Positions 1 to 7,289 of a stretch of DNA of 33,443 bases are shown here, one piece after another; within the stretch, counting starts at the first letter, position 1; every line of letters starts with the position of its first letter. This DNA is from a virus (lineage: Duplodnaviria > Caudoviricetes). Below the pieces are notes generated by a model, which worked only from the letters and a program-made list of their open reading frames with translations, had not been told where the DNA came from and searched no databases. Position numbers and translations under genes: made by a program. The stretch covers positions 1-33,443 of IMG/VR virus record IMGVR_UViG_3300021592_000010. One strand, written 5' to 3'.

Positions 1-143
1 TTTGAAGGTTTTAGAGTAGGCATTTCGGTGTAAATATCAAATAACTTATTACATATTTCAATAACTTTTCTTTCTTCCTTTTTAGATAATTTAAATACTT
101 CTGTGAAAATTAAAGCATTACGATTGACTTTTCTCTTTTTCAT
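1..143 (-). CDS. hypothetical protein, 3'-truncated by window edge
   Basis: ATG at 143 preceded by AGGAG; reads MKKRKVNRNALIFTEVFKL... open to position 1; not in ORF track. Confidence 0.7.
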   Translation of the reverse strand, partial: MKKRKVNRNALIFTEVFKLSKKEERKVIEICNKLFDIYTEMPTLKPS

Positions 144-161
144 ATTATTCTCCTTTCTTTT

Positions 162-350
162 TTATGGATTTTTTAAATCTCTTGCTTTTTCATAATAGCT
201 TCTTTTGTCTTCATCCTTTTTCCTGTATTGATATTCCTCTTCGGTTTCATATTTTTCGCAATAAGGAAATATGCAAGGATGGAGAGGGTTACCTAATACA
301 TCCTTGCAATAACCTTTTTCATACCATACACAATTTTCCTTCTTTTTCAT
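162..350 (-). CDS. small Cys-containing phage protein
   Basis: Start moved to ATG 350 (GGAGG upstream); four Cys in N-terminal half. Confidence 0.7.
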   Translation of the reverse strand: MKKKENCVWYEKGYCKDVLGNPLHPCIFPYCEKYETEEEYQYRKKDEDKRSYYEKARDLKNP

Positions 351-351
351 T

Positions 352-789
352 TTATTTTGCCTCCTTTTCAATTTTTTCTACAATTTTTCCATTTTCTTTT
401 TTAATTTTTCCTATCCTTTTAAGTTCTTTTTTGCAATTTTGGATTTGTCTGAATGTCTTGTTAAGACATTTATTACATATTCCGTGTGTAGTGCCTTTAG
501 TGTATGAGTATTTTTCATCCATTTTCTTTCCGCACCAAGCACATATTACAGGAATTTTGTAAATTCGCTTGAAATAGAGTAGAGGGTGTTTTGACATCTC
601 TTCTAGTTGTTCTTTGCACTCTTTTACAACATTCTCTTTGAATTCTTTGATTTTTTTATCGCCGTTAGGGAAAAGGTAAATAATATTGTTTAATAGGTGT
701 GAAAGAATAATTTTTGAGCCTATATCAGTCAATTTAAAACAACATACTTTTTTAATTTTTTCTAACTCTTCATTAATTTTAATTTTCAT
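352..789 (-). CDS. phage protein with C-terminal Zn-binding motif
   Basis: GGAGGTG SD; VICAWCGK...THGICNKC motif. Confidence 0.75.
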   Translation of the reverse strand: MKIKINEELEKIKKVCCFKLTDIGSKIILSHLLNNIIYLFPNGDKKIKEFKENVVKECKEQLEEMSKHPLLYFKRIYKIPVICAWCGKKMDEKYSYTKGTTHGICNKCLNKTFRQIQNCKKELKRIGKIKKENGKIVEKIEKEAK

Positions 790-818
790 TTTATTTCACC
801 TCCTTTTTTTAAAATTTT

Positions 819-1064
819 TTATCCTGAATGAATACAAATTTCATATCCACAATTGATACATTTTATTCCTGTCCACCAATCTCCCTGTCCAACATAGAAT
901 TTGTTTCCCCCGCATATCTTGCAGTAGATTGTTTTAGCAGGTCTGTTTTCATATCCTTGTCCTATATGAAATAATTTATCTTCTTTTGCTTCTATAAAAT
1001 CGTCAATTTCAAGGTCTTTTTCTCCAAAAAAATTTTTAATGTTTGGGGTGAGATAAAATTTCAT
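819..1064 (-). CDS. Zn-ribbon phage protein
   Basis: CKICG...CINCG pairs; AGGAG SD. Confidence 0.75.
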   Translation of the reverse strand: MKFYLTPNIKNFFGEKDLEIDDFIEAKEDKLFHIGQGYENRPAKTIYCKICGGNKFYVGQGDWWTGIKCINCGYEICIHSG

Positions 1065-1070
1065 TTTTAA

Positions 1071-1523
1071 TCACTCTCCTTTCTTTAAAAGGTTAGGGTT
1101 TTCATAAATATTGCCTATCACTTCTATTTCCCAACTGGAAAAAGTGTAATTTTCAAATACTTCAGTTCCTGCTGGAGAATTGTCAAAAACTATTTCATAA
1201 TATCCTCGTCTGGAGTTGAATTGTATAAATCCTATTGCTTCTTCTTCTGATGCTATATTTTTAACTTTTACAATATCCCCTTCATAAATCTCTTTTCCAT
1301 TTTTATCTTTTCTTTCTGTATAGCGCATTATAATACATTCTTTTTCGTTTATCCAATATTCAAAACAATTTGGGTTATTTAGTATTGACATATTTTCTAA
1401 ACCTTCTTTTAAAATTTCATCTCTTAAAACTTCTACTTGTAAAATATCTTTTTGCCAACATAAGCCGTATACTTTCTTCATTTTCTTTTCTTTAAATATC
1501 CAAGTCCTGAATTTTATTTCCAT
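1071..1523 (-). CDS. YopX family protein
   Basis: IKFRTW start, [24 protein letters not shown] end; start moved to ATG 1523. Confidence 0.9.
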   Translation of the reverse strand: MEIKFRTWIFKEKKMKKVYGLCWQKDILQVEVLRDEILKEGLENMSILNNPNCFEYWINEKECIIMRYTERKDKNGKEIYEGDIVKVKNIASEEEAIGFIQFNSRRGYYEIVFDNSPAGTEVFENYTFSSWEIEVIGNIYENPNLLKKGE

Positions 1524-1528
1524 TTTAA

Positions 1529-1894
1529 TCACTCTCCTTTCTTTTTAAAATTTTTTTCATAAATATTGCCAATAACCTTGCAATTTCCTCTGATTTGAAA
1601 CCAGTAATAGTAATGTTGATTTTCTTTTCTAAAAAGCCATCCAGCAATCTCTTTATCCCACTCTACCATAAGCTCGTCGCCAAGATAATCTAAAATGTCG
1701 CCTTCGTAAATTTCTTTTCCATTTCTATCTTTCAGTCCTGTGTATTGTAGAAGGATAATTTTCTCAATTTCTCTTTCAAATACGCAATAATTAAGAGCTT
1801 TAATTCCAGCATATCCTAAATCAAATTGTATATTGAATACATCACACATAATCTTTTTCTCTTTATCCCAAGCTTTAAATTTTATTTTTCTCAT
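1529..1894 (-). CDS. YopX family protein (second copy)
   Basis: [33 protein letters not shown]. Confidence 0.92.
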   Translation of the reverse strand: MRKIKFKAWDKEKKIMCDVFNIQFDLGYAGIKALNYCVFEREIEKIILLQYTGLKDRNGKEIYEGDILDYLGDELMVEWDKEIAGWLFRKENQHYYYWFQIRGNCKVIGNIYEKNFKKKGE

Positions 1895-1930
1895 TTTTAA
1901 CCACTCTCCTTTTTTTTTCTAAAAGTTTTG

Positions 1931-1962
1931 TCTGGCATAGTGAAAAAATCCACTATGCCAGA
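1931..1962. terminator. hairpin downstream of csx3-like gene (terminator or processing stem)
   Basis: Perfect 12-bp arms TCTGGCATAGTG / CACTATGCCAGA, 8-nt loop, imperfectly extendable to about 1919-1972. Confidence 0.65.
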
Positions 1963-1974
1963 AGATTTTTAGGA

Positions 1975-2226
1975 TTAGTGAGAGACAGCTAAAATATAGC
2001 TGTTCTCTTTTGGGTCAAAGATAGATACAGACTTACAAATGTGTGCAAGTCTGTGTCCCAAATATAAAGCCAAAGAGGTAGTTATTCTGCCGTTCAATTT
2101 TAATTCTAATCCGTAAAGTTTACTTTCAATCTTATCTAATTCCTCTTTGGCATCTTTCAGGATTTCTGCCTGAGTTTTGCCTTCAGGCAAAGTAATATAA
2201 ACAATATCTCCTTCTAACTTAAACAT
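1975..2226 (-). CDS. csx3: Csx3/Crn3-like cyclic oligoadenylate ring nuclease
   Basis: LNGR...LALYLGHRLAH...VSIFDPK...AVSH follows the Csx3 pattern GR...L..LAH..AH...VAVYDPR...SH; strong AAGGAGG SD. Confidence 0.8.
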   Translation of the reverse strand: MFKLEGDIVYITLPEGKTQAEILKDAKEELDKIESKLYGLELKLNGRITTSLALYLGHRLAHICKSVSIFDPKENSYILAVSH

Positions 2227-2260
2227 AGTTTATCCTCCTTTAAAATAATATTTAGAAAAT

Positions 2261-2308
2261 AAAAAAGCCATCATTCCACCTAATGATAGATGGAACAATG
2301 GCTTTTTT
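2261..2308 (-). terminator. intrinsic terminator-like hairpin immediately upstream of csx3
   Basis: Minus-strand RNA gives a 15-bp stem (three G-U pairs) GCCAUUGUUCCAUCU/AGGUGGAAUGAUGGC, 6-nt loop, followed by U6. Confidence 0.75.
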
Positions 2309-2322
2309 CTTTATCCACAATT

Positions 2323-2865
2323 TTATGCGGACGCTCCTGTCTGGAGCTCATTTTGCAACCGCTGAAAGGTCCAGCGGTTACTTTTTATCTCCTGGCTTAT
2401 TTTTTTAAGCCAGTCATTTAATTCAGGACTTTCCTCATCATACCAACAACGAACAGTTGGTATGATGAAATTAATGTAATCGTATTTGGTGTAAAGAAGT
2501 AGAATACATATCACTTCTCTACACCATTCATTTTCAGAAGAAAATTGGGATTTTATCCCAATTTCCTTCTCCAATAATGCCGCCGTATCAGCAGGGACAG
2601 GTGCTCCCAGTGGAGGTCCCTGCCTGATAAATCGGGATAAATGACTCCGAAAATATCGGAGTAATCTATCCCTTTCACAGGAAGTGATTTTCATCACTTC
2701 CCGTTTGTCCCAAATTTCTAATTTTTCGGGACAGAATATAAACTCTTCAAATGTAAGAGTGCCATCTTCCAGCACTCTTACCTCTAAATTATAAATCTTT
2801 CGGGATAGCCTTGCAGCTAATCTATCCCGGAAACTTCTTGATACCCGAGAAATTCCTTTAATCAT
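2323..2865 (-). CDS. hypothetical protein (180 aa), visibly more GC-rich than neighbours
   Basis: Start moved to ATG 2865 behind AAGGAGG; no motif recognised. Confidence 0.75.
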   Translation of the reverse strand: MIKGISRVSRSFRDRLAARLSRKIYNLEVRVLEDGTLTFEEFIFCPEKLEIWDKREVMKITSCERDRLLRYFRSHLSRFIRQGPPLGAPVPADTAALLEKEIGIKSQFSSENEWCREVICILLLYTKYDYINFIIPTVRCWYDEESPELNDWLKKISQEIKSNRWTFQRLQNELQTGASA

Positions 2866-2875
2866 AATATATCCT

Positions 2876-2924
2876 CCTTTCCACCATTGTTCCACCATCA
2901 AATGGAATGATGGCTGTGGAAAGG
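2876..2924. promoter_or_regulatory. leader hairpin overlapping the SD of 2323..2865; inverted relative of the 2267-2302 element
   Basis: CCTTTCCA/TGGAAAGG outer stem plus CCATTGTTCCA/TGGAATGATGG inner stem. Confidence 0.6.
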
Positions 2925-2955
2925 TTTATTTATTTATTTTTAAAAGAACATTTAA

Positions 2956-3282
2956 TTATATTATATTTAAAAAATCTTCTTTATTTACCATAATCTTAAA
3001 ATAAACATTTTCCCCCATCCGATTTACTTGAAATCGGAGAGAGTATGGGTTTTTTATATATATGTATTTCAAAATACCAAACAATTTTTCCAATCCTATT
3101 TCCCTTTTAAAATGGAAATAGGATATATATCCCAACTCTGACTTATTTTTTTCCCATATTTTGTAGATTTTTTCAAGTTCCTCTTGGATAGGAATAATAG
3201 GCTGAACTTTTTTCATTTCAAGAACAGGTTGGAAAAAAATTTTGCCGTCGGATCTTTTATGTTTCCTTGTTTTTATAATCAT
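2956..3282 (-). CDS. hypothetical protein
   Basis: ATG 3282 with AGGAG SD. Confidence 0.7.
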   Translation of the reverse strand: MIIKTRKHKRSDGKIFFQPVLEMKKVQPIIPIQEELEKIYKIWEKNKSELGYISYFHFKREIGLEKLFGILKYIYIKNPYSLRFQVNRMGENVYFKIMVNKEDFLNII

Positions 3283-3300
3283 TTTTTTTCTCCTTTCCAT

Positions 3301-3348
3301 AATATTTCACAGAAGCCCCCGCAAGTGCGGGGGTTCCTGAGAAATATT
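3301..3348. terminator. long GC-cored intergenic hairpin
   Basis: AATATTTC...CCCCCGCA AG TGCGGGGG...GAAATATT, about 20-bp imperfect stem. Confidence 0.65.
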
Positions 3349-3730
3349 ATAAAGGAAGAGTGTGGGCCACTTCTTGTTGTTTGTAAATTATTACATTTTT
3401 CTTTACGTGCTTGATTTCTCTCTTTATTTGCTGAATAGTTTTGGTTGCTGCTTTTTTAAAAGCAGCAATATAGTCATTACTTTTAAGAGAGTGAAATAGA
3501 ATATCATAGAAATATTCATTAACATTTTCCTCTGATAAATATACCTCACCGGCCTCGTTTGTAGATAAAATTCTGTTATTGTTGTTTTTAGTTGAAAAGT
3601 GTATCCTTTTTTCTCCTGCATAAAGATACACGTTTTCATAAATTCTTGTGTTGTCTTCATAAAAGAAGACAGCAGTCGAATAGTTAGTAGAATTTCCTTC
3701 CATTATAAATTTGATTGTAATTTTTTTCAT
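3347..3730 (-). CDS. hypothetical protein, first gene of leftward early operon
   Basis: AAGGAGGT SD, directly downstream of sigma-54 promoter motif. Confidence 0.8.
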   Translation of the reverse strand: MKKITIKFIMEGNSTNYSTAVFFYEDNTRIYENVYLYAGEKRIHFSTKNNNNRILSTNEAGEVYLSEENVNEYFYDILFHSLKSNDYIAAFKKAATKTIQQIKREIKHVKKNVIIYKQQEVAHTLPL

Positions 3731-3774
3731 TTTTAATTACCTCCTTTCCTTTAAATTCTCTGCTTATTTTATAT

Positions 3775-3791
3775 AGCAATCCCTGTGCCAA
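3775..3791 (-). promoter_or_regulatory. sigma-54 (-24/-12) promoter
   Basis: Minus strand TTGGCAC-AGGGA-TTGCT, exact GG-N10-GC spacing, 45 nt upstream of ATG 3730. Confidence 0.75.
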
Positions 3792-3838
3792 AATTGCCAA
3801 ATTTTTTAGAATTTTTCAAAATTTTTTGCCTAAAAACT

Positions 3839-4014
3839 TATAATTGTTTGTATATCAACAGTTATAAGATTAGATTTTTTAAAATTTTTTTGAAATTTGT
3901 CAAAAATACAGAGAAAAATAGCCTAAAAAAAAGAGAGAAAATCAAGCAAATGTTACGAAATTACACAGTCTATTTTAAGGGTGTGCTATAATTATTGATA
4001 TACAAGCAATTATA
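3839..4014. repeat. 28-bp inverted repeat pair (3839-3866 and 3987-4014)
   Basis: Reverse complement of left TATAACTGTTGATATACAAACAATTATA vs right TATAATTATTGATATACAAGCAATTATA, 25/28 identical; each copy internally dyad-symmetric. Confidence 0.85.
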
Positions 4015-4116
4015 CAAATTTTGGCAGGTGTATAGAAAGGTAACAGGGGTATTTTAGGTGTTACGAAAGGTAACTTAATTTAGGGAATTTTGTTTTCCTT
4101 ATATATAGTGAAGGTT

Positions 4117-4455
4117 ATGAGAGAGAAACTAATCAAAACAGAATTTTCGCCGCCCCTGAAAAGGAATAATAATGAAAATAGCCAGAATAATGAAAATAAG
4201 AATGAGAATAATCAGGAAGATTTGATAATAGAAAATAGAATAGATACAATTAAACTCTTACAAATTAATATAGAAAATAGTCTTTATTACGCTTTTCTCT
4301 TGCAAGAAAAGCAAGAAAAACAGTCAATTTCGTCAACAGATAAAAGCAGAAAGGTAGTAGCAGAAATAGTTAGAGATTTGTTGACAGTATATGCGCAGAT
4401 TCAACAGCTGTGCGAAGATAATAATAAAAATAATAGTGATATAGAAAAAATGTAG
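4117..4455 (+). CDS. hypothetical protein (Asn-rich N-terminus)
   Basis: Likely ATG 4117 after GAAGGT; co-oriented with TerS. Confidence 0.55.
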   Translation: MREKLIKTEFSPPLKRNNNENSQNNENKNENNQEDLIIENRIDTIKLLQINIENSLYYAFLLQEKQEKQSISSTDKSRKVVAEIVRDLLTVYAQIQQLCEDNNKNNSDIEKM

Positions 4456-4499
4456 TAGTATTAATATAAAAGTAAAAATAAAAGATTAGGGTTTGTGTT

Positions 4500-5078
4500 A
4501 TGTCTGTTGCTTCTCTTAATAATAATAATCAGCAAAAGAAAAAGAAAAAGAGAGAATATCATAGAATTACTAAAGAAAATGCTCTTTTAATTGCTAAAAC
4601 TTATTTAGAGACGGGTAATGCAACAGAGGCTTTGCGTAGAACTTTTAAAATTGATTCTCCTTATCTTCGTAATTATGCTACAAGAAGTGTGCGAAATTCA
4701 CCCTATGTGCAGGAGTATTTAGAGAAATTACAGAGTGACGCTTGGAGGTTTTTTGACAATATTGCCAAAATTGCCCAGCTACCTGTTTCCCAGCCAGAGA
4801 GACACACAGACTTACTAAAAGTCAAACTGCAAGCCAACAAGGACTTATTAGACAGGTTAGGTTATAGTGCAGTGAAAAAATCTGTTGTAATGAAGACATC
4901 ATCAAAAGAACTGAAAGACTTATCAGCTATCCAGAAGCGCATAGAAGAGTTAGAAGCCTTACTTGCTGAAAAAGAGAGAGACAAAGCTGACTATACAGAA
5001 AACAAGCCAGAGAAAAGGATAGAAAAGCAGAATACAGATGAAAGTCAGCAGAGAGAAGAGAAAGCCAAGCAAGAGTAA
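4500..5078 (+). CDS. terS: terminase small subunit
   Basis: YLETGNATEALRR HTH motif and KLQANKDLLDRLGY helix typical of G1P-like TerS. Confidence 0.7.
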   Translation: MSVASLNNNNQQKKKKKREYHRITKENALLIAKTYLETGNATEALRRTFKIDSPYLRNYATRSVRNSPYVQEYLEKLQSDAWRFFDNIAKIAQLPVSQPERHTDLLKVKLQANKDLLDRLGYSAVKKSVVMKTSSKELKDLSAIQKRIEELEALLAEKERDKADYTENKPEKRIEKQNTDESQQREEKAKQE

Positions 5079-5216
5079 GAGAAATTCCTTGATGAGTATT
5101 TTTTTTTCCTTCCATTACACAGAATTTATTTTTCTGTTTTGTCTTCATTTTTTCTCTCCTTTCTTGAAAAAAGAATTCTTTTTTCCAAAGCACATTAGGT
5201 CGGCAAGGCTGGAGAT

Positions 5217-5310
5217 GGGGGGTGGGGGTTTTATCGTAAGTATCATACACCCACAAATATCATACACTTACAAATATCGCACATCTACAAATACTGCACA
5301 CATCTACAAT
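5217..5310 (+). repeat. G-run plus four degenerate 17-19 bp tandem repeats
   Basis: GGGGGGTGGGGG 5217-5228; TATCATACACCCACAAA, TATCATACACTTACAAA, TATCGCACATCTACAAA, TACTGCACACATCTACAAT from 5241. Confidence 0.85.
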
Positions 5311-5534
5311 TATTCCACAACAGTTCTCACACAATCAAGGCAATAAGGAACATTTTTAACAGAATAATACTCTCTGTTCATTGCTTTTCCACACTTATGA
5401 CAATTAACGATTTTGTTTTCATCAAGAATTATTATCAAACTGGCAGAATTTTCCCATTTCTTTTTAATTTCCTCATATTTAGCTGGATTTGTTTTTTTCA
5501 ATCTTTGTTTTAAAGAATTTAATTTTAATCCCAT
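5310..5534 (-). CDS. small Zn-finger protein
   Basis: CHKC...CLDC; has its own promoter motif, no SD. Confidence 0.65.
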
Positions 5535-5544
5535 AACAATATAG

Positions 5545-5573
5545 AATATAGGATATAAGATTTAAAAAGTCAA
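5545..5573 (-). promoter_or_regulatory. sigma-70-type promoter, near-leaderless transcript
   Basis: TTGACT-17 bp-TATATT, ATG 10 nt after the -10 box. Confidence 0.55.
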
Positions 5574-5578
5574 GCTAT

Positions 5579-5782
5579 TTACTTTTTCTTTTTTCTTTTA
5601 GCTGCAAGTTTTCTCAAAGTAATAGCCAACCTTGCCCTTCTACCAAGCACACCACCTTTTTTAGCAGCTTTTTTCAATTTAGACAGAGGAATTTTCTTAC
5701 CTTTTTTTACTTTTAACTGTTTTCTCAATGCACCTGGATGTTTAATTGCAGACTGTATCCATTTTTCTTTATTTTTTGCCAT
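5579..5782 (-). CDS. small highly basic phage protein
   Basis: WIQSAIKHPGAL...RARLAITL motif recalled from uncultured phages; GGAGGT SD. Confidence 0.85.
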   Translation of the reverse strand: MAKNKEKWIQSAIKHPGALRKQLKVKKGKKIPLSKLKKAAKKGGVLGRRARLAITLRKLAAKRKKKK

Positions 5783-5817
5783 AATAGTTACCTCCCAATT
5801 AATTTAGGTTATTATTA

Positions 5818-5949
5818 CTATTTTCTTTTTCTCAAGTTACCAACACCTCTACCAGACCCATTTCTTTTAGGTATTCCACCGCAACTACCTCTACGATGAC
5901 CACGTGGTGATATTGTTCCTTTTCGTCCAGCAAAATGTCTTTTTTTCAT
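5818..5949 (-). CDS. small Gly/Arg-rich protein (43 aa)
   Basis: Start moved to ATG 5949 after AAGGAG; GSCGGIPKRNGSGRGVGN. Confidence 0.7.
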   Translation of the reverse strand: MKKRHFAGRKGTISPRGHRRGSCGGIPKRNGSGRGVGNLRKRK

Positions 5950-5991
5950 AATTATTTTCTCCTTTCTTTCAAGAAATTTTTTAAAAAATAG

Positions 5992-6020
5992 TTGACAAAA
6001 AGCAAAAAATGTTGTATAAT
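5992..6020 (+). promoter_or_regulatory. consensus sigma-70 promoter
   Basis: TTGACA-17 bp-TATAAT with A/T-rich upstream tract. Confidence 0.9.
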
Positions 6021-6049
6021 ATATAATAGAGGAAGGAGGTGAATAAGAG

Positions 6050-6439
6050 ATGGAGAAGAAAGCAAAAATCAAAGTCAAAACTGACAAAGAGAGACTACGA
6101 AAACTTTTTCTGCAAATATTTCTTATCTATTTGATTTGTCTATTTTTTGATAGTATTGTAACCTACAGTTTTATAGCATTAGATAATTACAACACAGGAC
6201 GAGAGTTAAATGATATTGCAAGAGCATATATGGAGAAATACGGTGTAGGATTAGGAATTCTGTTATACGATTTAAATCGTGTTATTGTATGCGGTGTCAT
6301 TACGATTATAGGATATAATCTTTTCGCATTAGGATTTGTATGGAGTTTTGTTTTGATATATATGGCACTTCTCCATATTTTAGGCGGATTAAGCTGGTTT
6401 GGTATCAGATGGATAGACCTATTTCTGTTCTATTATTAA
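6050..6439 (+). CDS. DUF5658-like integral membrane protein (moron)
   Basis: Several hydrophobic helices; D...T...ELND resembles the D..T...E.NP motif; GGAGGTG SD; own promoter; opposite strand. Confidence 0.7.
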   Translation: MEKKAKIKVKTDKERLRKLFLQIFLIYLICLFFDSIVTYSFIALDNYNTGRELNDIARAYMEKYGVGLGILLYDLNRVIVCGVITIIGYNLFALGFVWSFVLIYMALLHILGGLSWFGIRWIDLFLFYY

Positions 6440-6459
6440 ATTTTCAAAGAACAATATTA

Positions 6460-7077
6460 TTATTTAGGTTTAACATATAATTCATAATATCTTTTATATA
6501 TCTGTTTTAATTTTTCAAGTCTTTCTTTATCTATAAATTTTCTACGATAAGCCTGCAAGATTTTTTTCCAATATTTAGACTTTGACAAATCTTTCGTATA
6601 ATTTTCATTATTTTCGGTTGCCACATCTGCCAGATAATCTTTAAAATATTCAAAATTTTGGTTATACCATTGTTTTTTAAATTCTTCTTTTTTTAATTCG
6701 TCGCTTATTCTTTCAGATTTTTCTCTTTCTTTTCTTTCTTCTTCCATTAATTTTTGTTGTTCTGGCCAAGTAGAAAGCTTTAGTTCAAAATGTTTTTCAA
6801 CCCATTTTTTACCTTCATCTTCTTCTTTTTTCCTTTTCTTTTTTAACCTTCTTTTTTCTGCTAATAATTTCATTAATTCATTTTGTTCCCAAATAGTTGG
6901 GACACGAGAAGGATAAGGGTAGGGATAAACAATTTCTTCTTCATCTTTTTTTGTCTTTGGAATTGGTATTCTAAAAATTCTATTCAACCTTCTTCTTGCT
7001 TCTGCTAATAGTCTTTGTCTTTGTCTTGACAAATCAGGATCCCAGTATGTTTTTCTTTTATACCATTTTTCTCCCAT
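6460..7077 (-). CDS. hypothetical charged protein
   Basis: AAGGAGG SD; K/E/R-rich. Confidence 0.75.
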   Translation of the reverse strand: MGEKWYKRKTYWDPDLSRQRQRLLAEARRRLNRIFRIPIPKTKKDEEEIVYPYPYPSRVPTIWEQNELMKLLAEKRRLKKKRKKEEDEGKKWVEKHFELKLSTWPEQQKLMEEERKEREKSERISDELKKEEFKKQWYNQNFEYFKDYLADVATENNENYTKDLSKSKYWKKILQAYRRKFIDKERLEKLKQIYKRYYELYVKPK

Positions 7078-7101
7078 TTTAAGTTATCCTCCTTATAATT
7101 A

Positions 7102-7287
7102 TTATTTCAAATCTCCAATTAGATATAATTTGCCATTTTCTACATCTTTATCATAATCTCGCAATTGATATAATTTATCAGTCAATTTCATTTTTAAAGT
7201 CAAAGATATTCTATTCTGGATAATCTGTTTAAGCTCATATTCTGATAAAGCAATCATAATTTTTTTCTCTTTTTTGCGTCTTAACAT
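7102..7287 (-). CDS. hypothetical protein
   Basis: Tightly packed in operon. Confidence 0.6.
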   Translation of the reverse strand: MLRRKKEKKIMIALSEYELKQIIQNRISLTLKMKLTDKLYQLRDYDKDVENGKLYLIGDLK

Positions 7288-7289
7288 TT

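Noticed and set aside
2311-2319. Perfect DnaA box TTATCCACA
   Set aside because: Single copy; another lies inside a CDS at 22590; expected by chance in AT-rich DNA
4927-5256. Hydrophobic minus-strand ORF (ATG 5148 has an AGGAG SD)
   Set aside because: Mostly antisense to the purine-rich 3' end of terS, which explains the hydrophobicity; cannot be fully excluded
5241-5310. Possible mini CRISPR array or RNA anti-CRISPR repeat
   Set aside because: Units are 17-19 bp, directly abutting, with no spacers and no dyad symmetry
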